Part shown: piece after piece, positions 10,205 to 19,809 of the stretch | Position numbering within the stretch: the stretch's first letter is position 1 | How the letters are laid out: every line of letters starts with the position of its first letter | Assembly (NCBI GenBank): GCA_913061155.1 | Contig: CAJXSI010000001.1 | Span: forward strand, 13,955-77,954 | DNA from: an uncultured Alphaproteobacteria bacterium | Lineage (GTDB): Bacteria; Pseudomonadota; Alphaproteobacteria; UBA7879; VGCX01 | DNA length: 64,000 bases | Reading direction: 5' to 3' | Notes under the pieces: generated by a model | What the model was told of the DNA's origin: nothing | What the model saw: the letters and a program-made list of their open reading frames with translations, nothing else | Databases searched by the model: none | Made by a program: the position numbers and the translations under genes

Positions 10205-10837
10205 CTATTTAATCGTAATAAAAGCCAAACGAACACCAAGTCCAAGCAAAGCAATACCAGTTATCTTGTCAATAATAGTGCCAGTTTTATGAATATATTT
10301 CACCAAAATTTTATTGGAAAAAAAGCAAGACATCAGCGTGTACCATGTCAAAGATGTTAAAACCAGCAAAGTAACATAAAGTATTTGAATCTTGAATGGG
10401 GTTTCAGGACTGACGGTTGCAGCAAAAATACTTATGAAACAAAGGGACGCAGAAGGATGCAAGATGTCCAGGAAAAAACCTATTTTAAAGGCTTTTTTTG
10501 GGGTTAGTTTCCGAGGGGTCTTAATGGTTTCTTCTTTATGTTTTTCCCCAAAGAATATTTTGTAAGCTAAGTAAAAAAGATAAAGGCTTCCAATGGTTTT
10601 AATAATTGTAAAAAGCATAGGCGACTTTGCAATAAACATGCCAAAGCCTAAAAGCGTATATGTTTTATGAATTATTGTGCTGCAGACAATACCAAACCCA
10701 GTATACAGCCCAATTTTTCTGGAATGACGACTACTGTTATGAACCATCATAGCCATTTCTGGACCGGGGCTAACCAGGTTCAGAAAATTCATTGAAAATA
10801 AGGCAATAAATTCTGGTAAATAACTGTGCATGCCCAT
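10205..10837 (-). CDS. LysE/RhtB-family amino-acid exporter
   Basis: About 210 aa with roughly 6 TM segments and an N-terminal ...LVSPGPEMAMM motif typical of LysE/RhtB translocators. Confidence 0.6.
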   Translation of the reverse strand: MGMHSYLPEFIALFSMNFLNLVSPGPEMAMMVHNSSRHSRKIGLYTGFGIVCSTIIHKTYTLLGFGMFIAKSPMLFTIIKTIGSLYLFYLAYKIFFGEKHKEETIKTPRKLTPKKAFKIGFFLDILHPSASLCFISIFAATVSPETPFKIQILYVTLLVLTSLTWYTLMSCFFSNKILVKYIHKTGTIIDKITGIALLGLGVRLAFITIK

Positions 10838-10878
10838 AATTTAAACACTCTTATAATAGTTTGCAAGATTTAGTATTT

Positions 10879-11337
10879 TTATTTATTGAAATCTTTAAGG
10901 ATACGGGCTTTGTCTTTGTTCCAGTCTTTTTCTTTTTTGTCGGCCCTTTTGTCGTATAATTTCTTTCCTCTGCCAAGGCCAAATTCAATTTTCACACGGC
11001 CTTTTTCATTAAAATATAGGCAAATAGGAACAAGGGAATACCCCTTTTTTTGGATGGCCCCAATTAATTTATTAATTTCTTTTTTCTTTAAAAGGAGTTT
11101 GCGTTGACGACGGGGCGCATGATTAAATTGGTTGGCACCAGAATATTCAGCGATATAAGAGTTAACAAGATAAACTTCGTTATTTGAAATATCCCCATAA
11201 GATTCTGTGATATTGGATTTTCCTGTTCTTAAGGACTTTACTTCACTTCCGAACAAGGCAATGCCAGCCTCATAAACTTCCTCAATAAAGAAGTCAAAAT
11301 GGGCGCGTTTATTTTTTGCTATGATATGCTTTTTCAT
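10879..11337 (-). CDS. smpB: SsrA-binding protein SmpB
   Basis: KNKRAHFDFFIEEVYEAGIALFGSEVKSLR...NYIAEY...LLLKKKEI, with a basic C-terminal tail. Confidence 0.9.
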   Translation of the reverse strand: MKKHIIAKNKRAHFDFFIEEVYEAGIALFGSEVKSLRTGKSNITESYGDISNNEVYLVNSYIAEYSGANQFNHAPRRQRKLLLKKKEINKLIGAIQKKGYSLVPICLYFNEKGRVKIEFGLGRGKKLYDKRADKKEKDWNKDKARILKDFNK

Positions 11338-11446
11338 TTTCCTAATCGTCTTGCTTTGTCAATTTTATAAAAGTATTCGTATATAGCGTCAACTTATATT
11401 GCAGAGACAGTCATATTTAACTAAGCTATCTACTAAGGTACAAAAT

Positions 11447-13381
11447 ATGAAATATATACATTACTTAATTTTTATAATAATAACAGGGGTTACCATACCA
11501 CTTGAAGCCGCCGTGGTCAAAGCGCCAGCGAAAATTTCCTGTGACCAAGAACTTAAAAAATCATATAAAAGCTTAAACAAAAGGCAAGTCCCCCATATCC
11601 CGCAGAAGGAAAAGTGCCCTGTTGAAAACAAATTAATAACCTGGTTATGGCTTTTGAAAAAAAATAGCCAAGCTTCTTTCCGCGATCACGTCAGGTTTAT
11701 TCAAGGAAATCCAACATGGCCGGAACTTACAAAAATAAAAGAACATGCAGAATTGGCCATTAAAAGCAAAATTCCAAATTATGAAATTATAAAATATTTT
11801 GATGTTTATCGGCCTATTTCGCCGCCAGGCGCCATTCAATATGCCCGCGCCCTGCTTAAAAGCAACCAAAAGAAAAAATCTGTAACTTTAATTAAAGACT
11901 GGTGGCGCAATAAAAATTTTAGTGCAAAGACAGAAAGGGAATTTCATAAGCTTTTTAAGCAGTACTTAACGAATGAAGATTATAAATACCGCTTGGACCG
12001 CCTTATAATGGAAGGAAACTACTACGGTTTGAAGCGGATGAAGCCAAGGGTGAACAGGCAGTCACAAAAGCTAATAGAAGCAGCCATAGCGTTATCAAGA
12101 AATTTAAGTAGTGTGAACAGAAAAGTTGGGGCCCTTTCAAAAAAAGATGCCTTAAATCCAGGGATTATTTATCAGCGTATGCGCTGGCGGTTGCGACGAA
12201 AGAAATATGATAATGCCTATGAAATATTTAAAGAGGCTGAAAAGAAAGGGATAACAAAACGGTTTCCTGGCAGGTGGTTTAAGTATAAATATTACTTTGC
12301 CCGGAAAAGATTTGAAAATAAAGATTATAAAACGGCATACAGCATGATACGTAACCATAATCTTTCGCCCAAAACACATGATATAGCAGACTATTCAGCG
12401 GCAGAATGGTTTTCAGGATGGTTGGCCTTAAGGTTTTTAAACAAGCCGCAACAAGCCATTCAACATTTTAAAAATATGCATAATGTTGTGGGAACACCCA
12501 TTAGCCTTTCAAAGGGCGCCTATTGGATTGGCAGGGCTTATAAAAAACTTGGAAATAAAGAAAATGCAGATAAATGGATGATGGAAGCTGCAAAAAATCC
12601 CCATGTTTTTTATGGACAAATGGCCGCAGCTGCATTGAAAAAACCCTTGAATATCATAATCCATGATGTGGCAAGGGATCCAGACCTGCCCAGTGAAAAT
12701 GATAAGGTGATAATGGATGCTGTTTATGCGTTATCAAAAGTTGACCCCCAAAGTAAAAGGTTGCGTAAAATGCTGTTTGATTTATCAAAGTATTCAGATA
12801 GCCGTATTTCCGAAGCAATTGTTGAATTGACTATAAAAATTGGAAAACCTGAATGGGCGGTTGTGGTCGCAAAGATTGCAGGGCGGCGTGATTCTCCAAT
12901 TCTTAAGGCGGCTTATCCAATTAAAAAACTACCTAAGCAAGTAAGTGAGTGGGGGGTTGACCCAATATTTATTCACAGTCTGATACGTCAAGAAAGTGGG
13001 TTTAATCCCAAGGCAAAAAGCAATGCAGGGGCAAGGGGGCTGATGCAAATAATGCCAAGAACGGCACGGTTGCTTGCCAAGAAATTAAAGTTACGGTATG
13101 CCCTTGTGAAGCTAACGGCGGATCCTACTTATAATATGATATTGGGCTGTTATTATGTTTCACGCTTAATGAAAGAATTTAAGGGAAGCAAAATAAAATC
13201 ACTTGCTGGATACAATGCTGGGGAATCCAGGGTTCGCAAATGGGTTAAATTATTTGGAGAGCCAGAAAAAGAGACGGATATTATAGATTGGATGGAAAGC
13301 ATTCCTTTCTCAGAAACCCGTTCTTATGTTATGCGGGTCATGGAATCTTATCCTGTTTACGCAAGGATTCTTCCTAAATAA
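11447..13381 (+). CDS. slt: Soluble lytic murein transglycosylase (Slt family)
   Basis: C-terminal SLT catalytic domain (IRQESGFNPKAKSNAGARGLMQIMP...GYNAG) after a superhelical repeat region. Start moved to the Met beginning the signal-like MKYIHYLIFIIITGV. Confidence 0.8.
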   Translation: MKYIHYLIFIIITGVTIPLEAAVVKAPAKISCDQELKKSYKSLNKRQVPHIPQKEKCPVENKLITWLWLLKKNSQASFRDHVRFIQGNPTWPELTKIKEHAELAIKSKIPNYEIIKYFDVYRPISPPGAIQYARALLKSNQKKKSVTLIKDWWRNKNFSAKTEREFHKLFKQYLTNEDYKYRLDRLIMEGNYYGLKRMKPRVNRQSQKLIEAAIALSRNLSSVNRKVGALSKKDALNPGIIYQRMRWRLRRKKYDNAYEIFKEAEKKGITKRFPGRWFKYKYYFARKRFENKDYKTAYSMIRNHNLSPKTHDIADYSAAEWFSGWLALRFLNKPQQAIQHFKNMHNVVGTPISLSKGAYWIGRAYKKLGNKENADKWMMEAAKNPHVFYGQMAAAALKKPLNIIIHDVARDPDLPSENDKVIMDAVYALSKVDPQSKRLRKMLFDLSKYSDSRISEAIVELTIKIGKPEWAVVVAKIAGRRDSPILKAAYPIKKLPKQVSEWGVDPIFIHSLIRQESGFNPKAKSNAGARGLMQIMPRTARLLAKKLKLRYALVKLTADPTYNMILGCYYVSRLMKEFKGSKIKSLAGYNAGESRVRKWVKLFGEPEKETDIIDWMESIPFSETRSYVMRVMESYPVYARILPK

Positions 13382-13494
13382 CGTAGGTTTTTTGGGTGGG
13401 GGAATTATTTTTTATCTAAGCTCTTTACTTTCTGTAAAAAAGATTTACATTAGGACTTGAAAAAAGTTACCCATATAGGGTTTGCTTAGGCATC

Positions 13495-13571
13495 GCGCCC
13501 GTAGCTCAATTGGATAGAGTACTTGACTACGAATCAAGAGGTTAGAGGTTCGACTCCTCTCGGGCGCACCA
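13495..13571 (+). tRNA. tRNA-Arg (anticodon ACG)
   Basis: GCGCCCG acceptor stem pairing with CGGGCGC-A-CCA, anticodon loop CTACGAA, T-loop TTCGACT. 77 nt with encoded CCA. Confidence 0.9.
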
Positions 13572-13595
13572 TTCATATCATAAGATTTCAACTAT

Positions 13596-14600
13596 TTACT
13601 TTCCGTACACTTTCTGAAGATAAGCAATGTTTTTGGAATAGTTTTCACCCCGATAATAATATTTTCTTAAGACACTTAAACATCTTTTTTGAAAATCAGT
13701 ATTCCCCAAGTATTGATCAAGCCTGGTTTCTTTACCCCCCTTTTTTACTGGGGACCTCATCATAATTTGCGCTGCCAGATTTAGCATGGTTCTTGTGGTT
13801 TCTGTCGAATCCTTTTCAACATTTATACTGTCCATGAAATAACAAATATAATTTTCCGTTTTTTCCACGGGGCATTGTGAAAGGCATTTATAAAAGCGTG
13901 TCATATACTTGTTTTTTGAATGAGAAAGTTTCAAGGCCAGGCTTTTTATAAGATCGATTAAGTCAGCAGGATTGCGTTTTGCCGTATGTTTAATGAAACC
14001 CTCTATGGATCTTGATGTTTTTGGTATTCTTTGTGGCGTGCAATAATTTTGACACCAATCAAATAATCCTTTTGTTTTAATGAAAGACGATAGAGAGTTA
14101 ACAGATTTGTTTTTGCAGGTGTGGTGATATTCTTTGAACTGAGGATATGTCTTTTCAAAAACTTGCTTGAATAACCGTAAGGTTTTTGTCAAGTTTTGGG
14201 TTATCTCTGCTGGATTTTTTTTCTTTAAGTCTAAGGACATTAACTTAATATGGTTAACACACTTTTGCGTGTTAAAGTTTCTTAATAAAGCATAAAGCTT
14301 GTTATTTTCTGGGCTTTTTTCCTGTCCCGTTATCTTTGGTATATCCAATAATTTCTTTGCCAGAGGTTCTATGGTTTCTTGCGCAGGGGATAAGGCAAGG
14401 TTATAAAGCAATTCACAATAATAGGCCGTAGATTCAGTGTAAGAACAATCTGTCAGGCATTTTAAAGGGGGGACGTCTTTGGTATAGTTAAGGGCATCAT
14501 GACGCCCCCTTTTTGCATCACACTTATAAGCACATAAAAAATTTGCTTCAGAAAATCTTCCAATCAATAAAACGCAACAGCACAGAAATAACTTTAACAT
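13596..14600 (-). CDS. Secreted cysteine-rich hypothetical protein
   Basis: Signal peptide MLKLFLCCCVLLIGRFSEA, more than 20 Cys, no recognisable domain. Confidence 0.45.
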   Translation of the reverse strand: MLKLFLCCCVLLIGRFSEANFLCAYKCDAKRGRHDALNYTKDVPPLKCLTDCSYTESTAYYCELLYNLALSPAQETIEPLAKKLLDIPKITGQEKSPENNKLYALLRNFNTQKCVNHIKLMSLDLKKKNPAEITQNLTKTLRLFKQVFEKTYPQFKEYHHTCKNKSVNSLSSFIKTKGLFDWCQNYCTPQRIPKTSRSIEGFIKHTAKRNPADLIDLIKSLALKLSHSKNKYMTRFYKCLSQCPVEKTENYICYFMDSINVEKDSTETTRTMLNLAAQIMMRSPVKKGGKETRLDQYLGNTDFQKRCLSVLRKYYYRGENYSKNIAYLQKVYGK

Positions 14601-14663
14601 AATTATAAGCCCACCTAATCGATGAAAGGTTATCTTATATAAAAAAGGCTGTAAACGACTATT

Positions 14664-14948
14664 TTATTGTTTTTTCGTCAAACTTTTTAAGTACGATAAA
14701 GTAAGGGCCCGCAAGCTTTCAAGGTATGTTTTATATTCAGGGTCAAAATATAGACGCTCAATATTATTATCAATTTCCCCTAAAAGATTTAAGATCTTAT
14801 TTCTTTTATGCCAAATCGGCAGTTTATCTTGTTTTAAAAGCTTTATGCTTTCATAAAATTTTTGTTCAAGCATAAGGACGGTTTTTTCTTGCTGCCGCGC
14901 AGAAAAAAAACAATAGGTTTTCTTATAGATATTTTTACTTAATAACAT
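14664..14948 (-). CDS. Hypothetical protein (orphan, 94 aa)
   Basis: Open frame only, no recognisable motif. Confidence 0.3.
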   Translation of the reverse strand: MLLSKNIYKKTYCFFSARQQEKTVLMLEQKFYESIKLLKQDKLPIWHKRNKILNLLGEIDNNIERLYFDPEYKTYLESLRALTLSYLKSLTKKQ

Positions 14949-15119
14949 GTTAGCTCCTGTTTATTATTATGGGTTGAAAATAGATAAAGTTTGCGATGGG
15001 TTAAAGTTTATTTGCAGACAGTTTTCAACTGGGGGAATAGTTAGAAAAATCCTTGTTTTTCTTCCTTGTATCTTTAAGGCTTAGTCTTAAGTAAAGGATA
15101 GAGAATAAGGATTTTAGAG

Positions 15120-15527
15120 ATGAATTTATATGAAGATCTTGTGCAATATCAAGAACAGTTGATTGACCATAAAATAGGGGCTAAGCTGGTAATATCAGAA
15201 GAACTTAAAGCCGTGAGGTTGCCAATTGATCAAGAAAGGAAAATAGAAATATTTGATTTATTAATTATTTATTTTTCCAGAAAATTTGAAGGGCAAAAAA
15301 TGATCCAATTAAACTTTAATCTTGAAGTTAAAAAAGGAAAATGCATTATTATCATTAAGCCTCAGACAAATTATAAGGCAGATGCATCTGTTGTTCATCA
15401 GGAATTTTTTTGGACCATGCATCTTATCTTTAATAATTTATTGAAAACAAAAGAAACCAAGATTTGGGGAAACTTTGTGAAAGACAAGTTTCGATTGCAA
15501 CTTCCCTTATGGTGTATGGCAGCATAG
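15120..15527 (+). CDS. Hypothetical protein (135 aa) abutting def
   Basis: Open frame ending 7 nt before the def start. No recognisable motif. Confidence 0.35.
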   Translation: MNLYEDLVQYQEQLIDHKIGAKLVISEELKAVRLPIDQERKIEIFDLLIIYFSRKFEGQKMIQLNFNLEVKKGKCIIIIKPQTNYKADASVVHQEFFWTMHLIFNNLLKTKETKIWGNFVKDKFRLQLPLWCMAA

Positions 15528-15533
15528 GAAAAT

Positions 15534-16085
15534 ATGGAAATTAAAAATATTGCAAAAGGGGGGCGTATTCGCCCGATCATCAGAATGGGGAACCCTTTGT
15601 TAACAAAGATTTCAGATGATATTGAGCCTGAATCAAAAGAAACAATGTCTATTATCAAAGATATGGCGGCGACTATTATCGATATTGGGCAGATTGCTGG
15701 GCTGGCAGCGCCGCAAATAGGCTATCTTAAGAAGATCATCTACTATCAAGTTGTTGCAAGCAGAGGCGATAGTTATAATCCCGAAGGGGTTAAACCCGTA
15801 TTTTTAATTAACCCCACATATAAGTCAGCCGGAGCAGAAAAAATAGTTAAATGGGAAGCCTGTTTATCAATCCCGGGATTGACCGCAAAAGTTGAACGCT
15901 TTCTTTCCATTCATTTAAAAGCGACAGGCTGGGATGGGAAGTCGTTCTATGACATAGATAAAATCATTCACGGTTATGAAGCAAGGGTCTTGCAGCATGA
16001 AATAGATCACCTTCAAGGTATTCTTTATGTCTTAAAACGTATATCCCCATCAAGTCTATCTTACATAGAAGCATTGGAAACATAG
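15534..16085 (+). CDS. def: Peptide deformylase
   Basis: The three PDF motifs are present: GLAAPQIG, EACLSIPG, HEIDHLQG. Confidence 0.85.
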   Translation: MEIKNIAKGGRIRPIIRMGNPLLTKISDDIEPESKETMSIIKDMAATIIDIGQIAGLAAPQIGYLKKIIYYQVVASRGDSYNPEGVKPVFLINPTYKSAGAEKIVKWEACLSIPGLTAKVERFLSIHLKATGWDGKSFYDIDKIIHGYEARVLQHEIDHLQGILYVLKRISPSSLSYIEALET

Positions 16086-16103
16086 CCCCCTAAGTATTGG
16101 CGG

Positions 16104-16856
16104 TTATACAGAGGTTTCGTTTTGGTTTCCTTCTCCTGGCTCCATGCTTGGTAAAGACATTACTTTTCCCCAATAATTTATGATTACTTTAATCCCTTCT
16201 TCGTAAGATATTTTGTCTTGTACTTTGCGCATGAATCCAGCCGCATTATGTTTATAACAGTCGATCATCTGTTGGCGACTTATGGAATTCGTGACAATAA
16301 CAACAGGAATATCTGACAGATGTCGGTCCCTTTTTATTTCTTTCAAAAGAAAATAACCATCTATTTTAGATGTTTTCAATTCTGTAATAATAAGTTCTGG
16401 TTTTGGGAACTTAATCAGGCCTATCTTGCTTTTTAAGAAATTAAGCGCCTTATCACTATCGTGAAAAGACAAGATATTCGTGTCTACATCCGATTCTTTT
16501 ATCGCTTGTCTTAGCAAAAGTTCATCACTTGCATCTTGTTCAATAATGACAATATCAATGGGTTTGGTCCGACTTGCCGGAATGGTTTCTTCGGGGGAGG
16601 ATAAATAGTCATCATTTGGTTCGTGATATCCATCAAAAAAGAAGTTTGGGTGAATGCTGAATATTTTTGATAGTTTATACATCACCCCTGCAGATACACG
16701 GGTGGTGCCTTGTTCATATTTCTGAATTTGTTGATGCGAAACGGTTAGTTTCTCTGCAAGATCAGAAAGTGTCCAGTTTAATTTTTGCCGGCGTTCCCTG
16801 ATCCTTGCCCCGACATATATATCTAAAACATTGCTTTTATCGGTCATTTTGTCCAA
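16104..16856 (-). CDS. XRE-family HTH fused to a CheY-like receiver domain (atypical phospho-site)
   Basis: N-terminal IRERRQKLNWTLSDLAEKLTVSHQQIQKYEQG (XRE HTH). The C-terminal ~120 aa has receiver topology (IVIIEQD...LIITELKTSKIDG...PVVIVTNS...GFMRK). Confidence 0.6.
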   Translation of the reverse strand: MDKMTDKSNVLDIYVGARIRERRQKLNWTLSDLAEKLTVSHQQIQKYEQGTTRVSAGVMYKLSKIFSIHPNFFFDGYHEPNDDYLSSPEETIPASRTKPIDIVIIEQDASDELLLRQAIKESDVDTNILSFHDSDKALNFLKSKIGLIKFPKPELIITELKTSKIDGYFLLKEIKRDRHLSDIPVVIVTNSISRQQMIDCYKHNAAGFMRKVQDKISYEEGIKVIINYWGKVMSLPSMEPGEGNQNETSV

Positions 16857-17059
16857 ACTTTCTTCTATTATGTTAGCTTTTTCCCTATGGTTCCTTAACC
16901 GCCAGAAAGCAGCAAGTTTAAAACTGTAAAAAATGCTAAATCTTTTGGCGTTAAAGATATACTTTTATAGTACATAAATAGAATTATTATAGAATTTTAC
17001 TTCTGTCAAGGGTGTTAATTTTCATTTAAAAAAATGGGAAAAAGTGTTATATAGGAAGA

Positions 17060-17473
17060 ATGAGAAATTTTAATTCTTTCAAAAATAATCTTTATAAGAT
17101 GTTCTTGGCCCTTCCCACACTGACTTTTTCGGCTGGGTCATTTTCCGTTTGTCCTTTTTGCCTGCCTTTTTATGCAGGGGTTTTCGGATTTCTTGGCTTG
17201 GAAAAGGGAACAACGACTTATTATTTGTTTATTGTCTTGGCCATGGTTTTGGCCGTTTCTTTGGTTTACGCCTTATGTCTGGCCATAAAGTCAAAACAAT
17301 ATTGGCAAGCCGTCTTTGTATTGTGTGGATTTTTAATCACGTTTTATGCAAAAATATATGATATGAAAATTTTGTTGTACCTTGGTTTGACGGTTTTTGT
17401 TATATCTATATTTCGAATAAAAAAATCATGTAAAAGTTGTAGTATCAGTGAACATAAAAAAACCAAAAATTAA
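17060..17473 (+). CDS. Small membrane protein with CPFC and CKSC motifs
   Basis: Three or four hydrophobic helices and two CxxC pairs. Overlaps the downstream glycosyltransferase start by 26 nt. Confidence 0.35.
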   Translation: MRNFNSFKNNLYKMFLALPTLTFSAGSFSVCPFCLPFYAGVFGFLGLEKGTTTYYLFIVLAMVLAVSLVYALCLAIKSKQYWQAVFVLCGFLITFYAKIYDMKILLYLGLTVFVISIFRIKKSCKSCSISEHKKTKN

Positions 17474-18623
17474 AAAAATTAAGATAGACTTGCCAAAAGT
17501 CTTACAAGTTTTGCCTGCCTTAAACACAGGTGGCGTGGAACGTGGGGCGGTTGATGTCGCAATCGAACTTAAGAAAAGGGGCGCTGTTCCCATGGTGGTT
17601 TCATCGGGCGGGCATTATGAAAGCCTTTTAAAAAGACATGGAATTATGCATGTTAAGTTACCGGTTGATTCGAAAAACCCTTTGACCATGATTCTTAATA
17701 TTTTTCGTCTAAAAAAGATTATAGATATTTATAATATAGATCTGGTTCATGCCCGCAGTCGCGCCCCAGCCTGGAGCGCTTATTATGCAGCAAAAAAAAT
17801 GGGCGTTAAGTTTGTAACAACCTTTCATGGAACTTATAATTTCAGTAACAATCTTAAACGTTTTTATAATTCGATTATGACGCGTGGGGACAAGGTTATT
17901 GCCGTTTCGAAACACATCGCAGATCATATTAAAAAATTCTATGAAATCAAGAAAAAGACCATAGAAACGATTCATCGTGGGGTCGATATTTCTATGTTTG
18001 ATCCAAACTCTATTTCCCAAGGACGGATAGATACCGTGATGAAGAAATTTAGTTTGCCAGTTGATAAATCCATTATTCTTTTGCCAGGCCGCATCACCCG
18101 ATGGAAGGGGCATCTTTCGTTGATTAGGGCGATGGGGGAAATCAAAGAAAAAGATTGTATATGCTTGTTTGTGGGGCCTACAAACAAAAAGAATACTGGC
18201 TATCAAAAAGAAATTCTTGATATGGCTGCCAAGTATGACGTTACGAATCAAGTGTATATATATGATAGTTGTAATGATATGCCGGCTTTGTATAAAATTG
18301 CGCATGTGACTGTTTCTGCCTCTACGGACCCAGAGGCATTTGGCCGTGTAATGGCAGAGGCTGGTGCCATAGGATGTCCTGTCGTTGCAACAAACCATGG
18401 GGGCGCAGTTGAGATCATTAAAGGTGAAAAAACGGGTTGGCTTTATGATTTAGAAGACACAAAAGGTATGGCAGCCGCCCTGGATAAAGCTTTGTCCTGT
18501 TCCAAAACAAAAAGAATGGAAATATCAAGGGCCGCCCGCAAGCATATCAAGGAAAATTTTTCAAACGATATGATGTTGGAAAAAATAATTAATTTGTATC
18601 GTTCTTTGTATAAAAAGAAGTAA
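17448..18623 (+). CDS. Glycosyltransferase family 4 (LPS-core type)
   Basis: VLQVLPALNTGGVERGAVD N-terminus and C-terminal EAFGRVMAEAGAIGCPVVATNHGGAVEII, matching the GT4 E-x7-E region. The exact start is uncertain. Confidence 0.75.
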   Translation: MNIKKPKIKKIKIDLPKVLQVLPALNTGGVERGAVDVAIELKKRGAVPMVVSSGGHYESLLKRHGIMHVKLPVDSKNPLTMILNIFRLKKIIDIYNIDLVHARSRAPAWSAYYAAKKMGVKFVTTFHGTYNFSNNLKRFYNSIMTRGDKVIAVSKHIADHIKKFYEIKKKTIETIHRGVDISMFDPNSISQGRIDTVMKKFSLPVDKSIILLPGRITRWKGHLSLIRAMGEIKEKDCICLFVGPTNKKNTGYQKEILDMAAKYDVTNQVYIYDSCNDMPALYKIAHVTVSASTDPEAFGRVMAEAGAIGCPVVATNHGGAVEIIKGEKTGWLYDLEDTKGMAAALDKALSCSKTKRMEISRAARKHIKENFSNDMMLEKIINLYRSLYKKK

Positions 18624-18625
18624 CT

Positions 18626-19561
18626 ATGCCGAAAAATAAGGTTTTAATCATCAAGCACGGGGCGCTGGGGGATATGATCTTTGCAAATGGGGCGTTCCAG
18701 GCGATATCTAAACATCATAAAAAGGATCACATTGTTCTTTTGACCACATCTGCCTATGCATCCATGATGGAGATGTCTGATTATTTTGATGAGGTTTGGG
18801 TGGATAATCGCCCCCGTCCCTTAACAAGCCCCATAGAATGTTGGCGATTATTTCAAAAATTGCGTCAGGCCAAATTCACAAAAATATATGACCTGCAAAA
18901 ATCCAAGCGTACAAAGCAATACAGGCAACTTACAGACCGGTGGTTTAATCCAAAACCTGATTGGTGTACGAAACATGTTGGGGCAAAGTATGCCTATGCA
19001 GACCCTGCCCAATATGATTTGCACATATATGATCGTCATGCAAATATGCTGGCTGTTGCCGGGATTAAAAACGTTCCAAAACCCAATATTGACTGGATGA
19101 AATCTGATATTAAAGGTCTGAAACTTCCTGAAAAATACTTTATTTTTGTCCCGGGGTGTTCTCCTACGCAGCCCCATAAACGGTGGCAGCCTGAAAGTTA
19201 TGGCGAAGTTGCAAAATGGTTGGTTAAAAAAGGCATTATCCCCGTTATTATTGGAACAAAAGATGAGGCAGGTATTATCCAAACCATTCAATCCATTTGT
19301 CCGCAGGCAATCAGTCTAGAGGGAAAAACATCCTTGTTTGATATTGCTGAAATTGGGCGCCATGCTGTGGGGGCGTTGGGGCATGATACGGGGCCTATGC
19401 ACATTGTGGCGGTTACGGGGTGTCCTTCGGTTATGTTGTTTTCATGGTCATCTATTCCCAAGCATTACGCCCCCAGAGGATTCAAGGCAACGATCTTTCA
19501 CCAAAATAATCTGGAAGATATTTCTGTTGCCGAAGTTATAAAATCTTTACCCATAAAATAA
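18626..19561 (+). CDS. Glycosyltransferase family 9 (ADP-heptose:LPS heptosyltransferase-like)
   Basis: KVLIIKHGALGDMIFANGAFQAISKHH, the GT9 N-terminal signature, and ...GHDTGPMHIVAVTGCP in the C-terminal domain. Confidence 0.75.
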   Translation: MPKNKVLIIKHGALGDMIFANGAFQAISKHHKKDHIVLLTTSAYASMMEMSDYFDEVWVDNRPRPLTSPIECWRLFQKLRQAKFTKIYDLQKSKRTKQYRQLTDRWFNPKPDWCTKHVGAKYAYADPAQYDLHIYDRHANMLAVAGIKNVPKPNIDWMKSDIKGLKLPEKYFIFVPGCSPTQPHKRWQPESYGEVAKWLVKKGIIPVIIGTKDEAGIIQTIQSICPQAISLEGKTSLFDIAEIGRHAVGALGHDTGPMHIVAVTGCPSVMLFSWSSIPKHYAPRGFKATIFHQNNLEDISVAEVIKSLPIK

Positions 19562-19809
19562 TATGTATACATATTAAAAATGTTTTTATAAGAAAACTGA
19601 CCGGAATTCTATTGTCCCATAAAACAGTTCAAGAATAAAAATTTGCCTTTTAGGTTAAATCCTATTAAATATAGGGTAGAGCAAATTAAGTTAACACGGG
19701 TGCGTTGTTATTGCGTTCCTCTCCTACCTAATGTAGGTGTCGTCGCTTATGCCCAGCACCATCGATACTTAAATTTGTTACATTTAAAGAATTAACTGAA
19801 AAGGCAAAA

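Noticed and set aside
13523-13765. 80-aa plus-strand ORF starting inside the tRNA-Arg(ACG) 3' half
   Set aside because: It starts within the tRNA and runs antisense to the 13596-14600 gene, which has a proper signal peptide. I kept the minus-strand gene.
19562-19809. Possible structured RNA or tRNA-like element upstream of infA (…GGGTAGAGCAAATTAAG…CCCAGCACCATCG…)
   Set aside because: I could not fold it into a cloverleaf or any recognisable RNA family (SRP, RNase P, 6S) by eye. It is left as an ordinary 5' UTR/promoter region.
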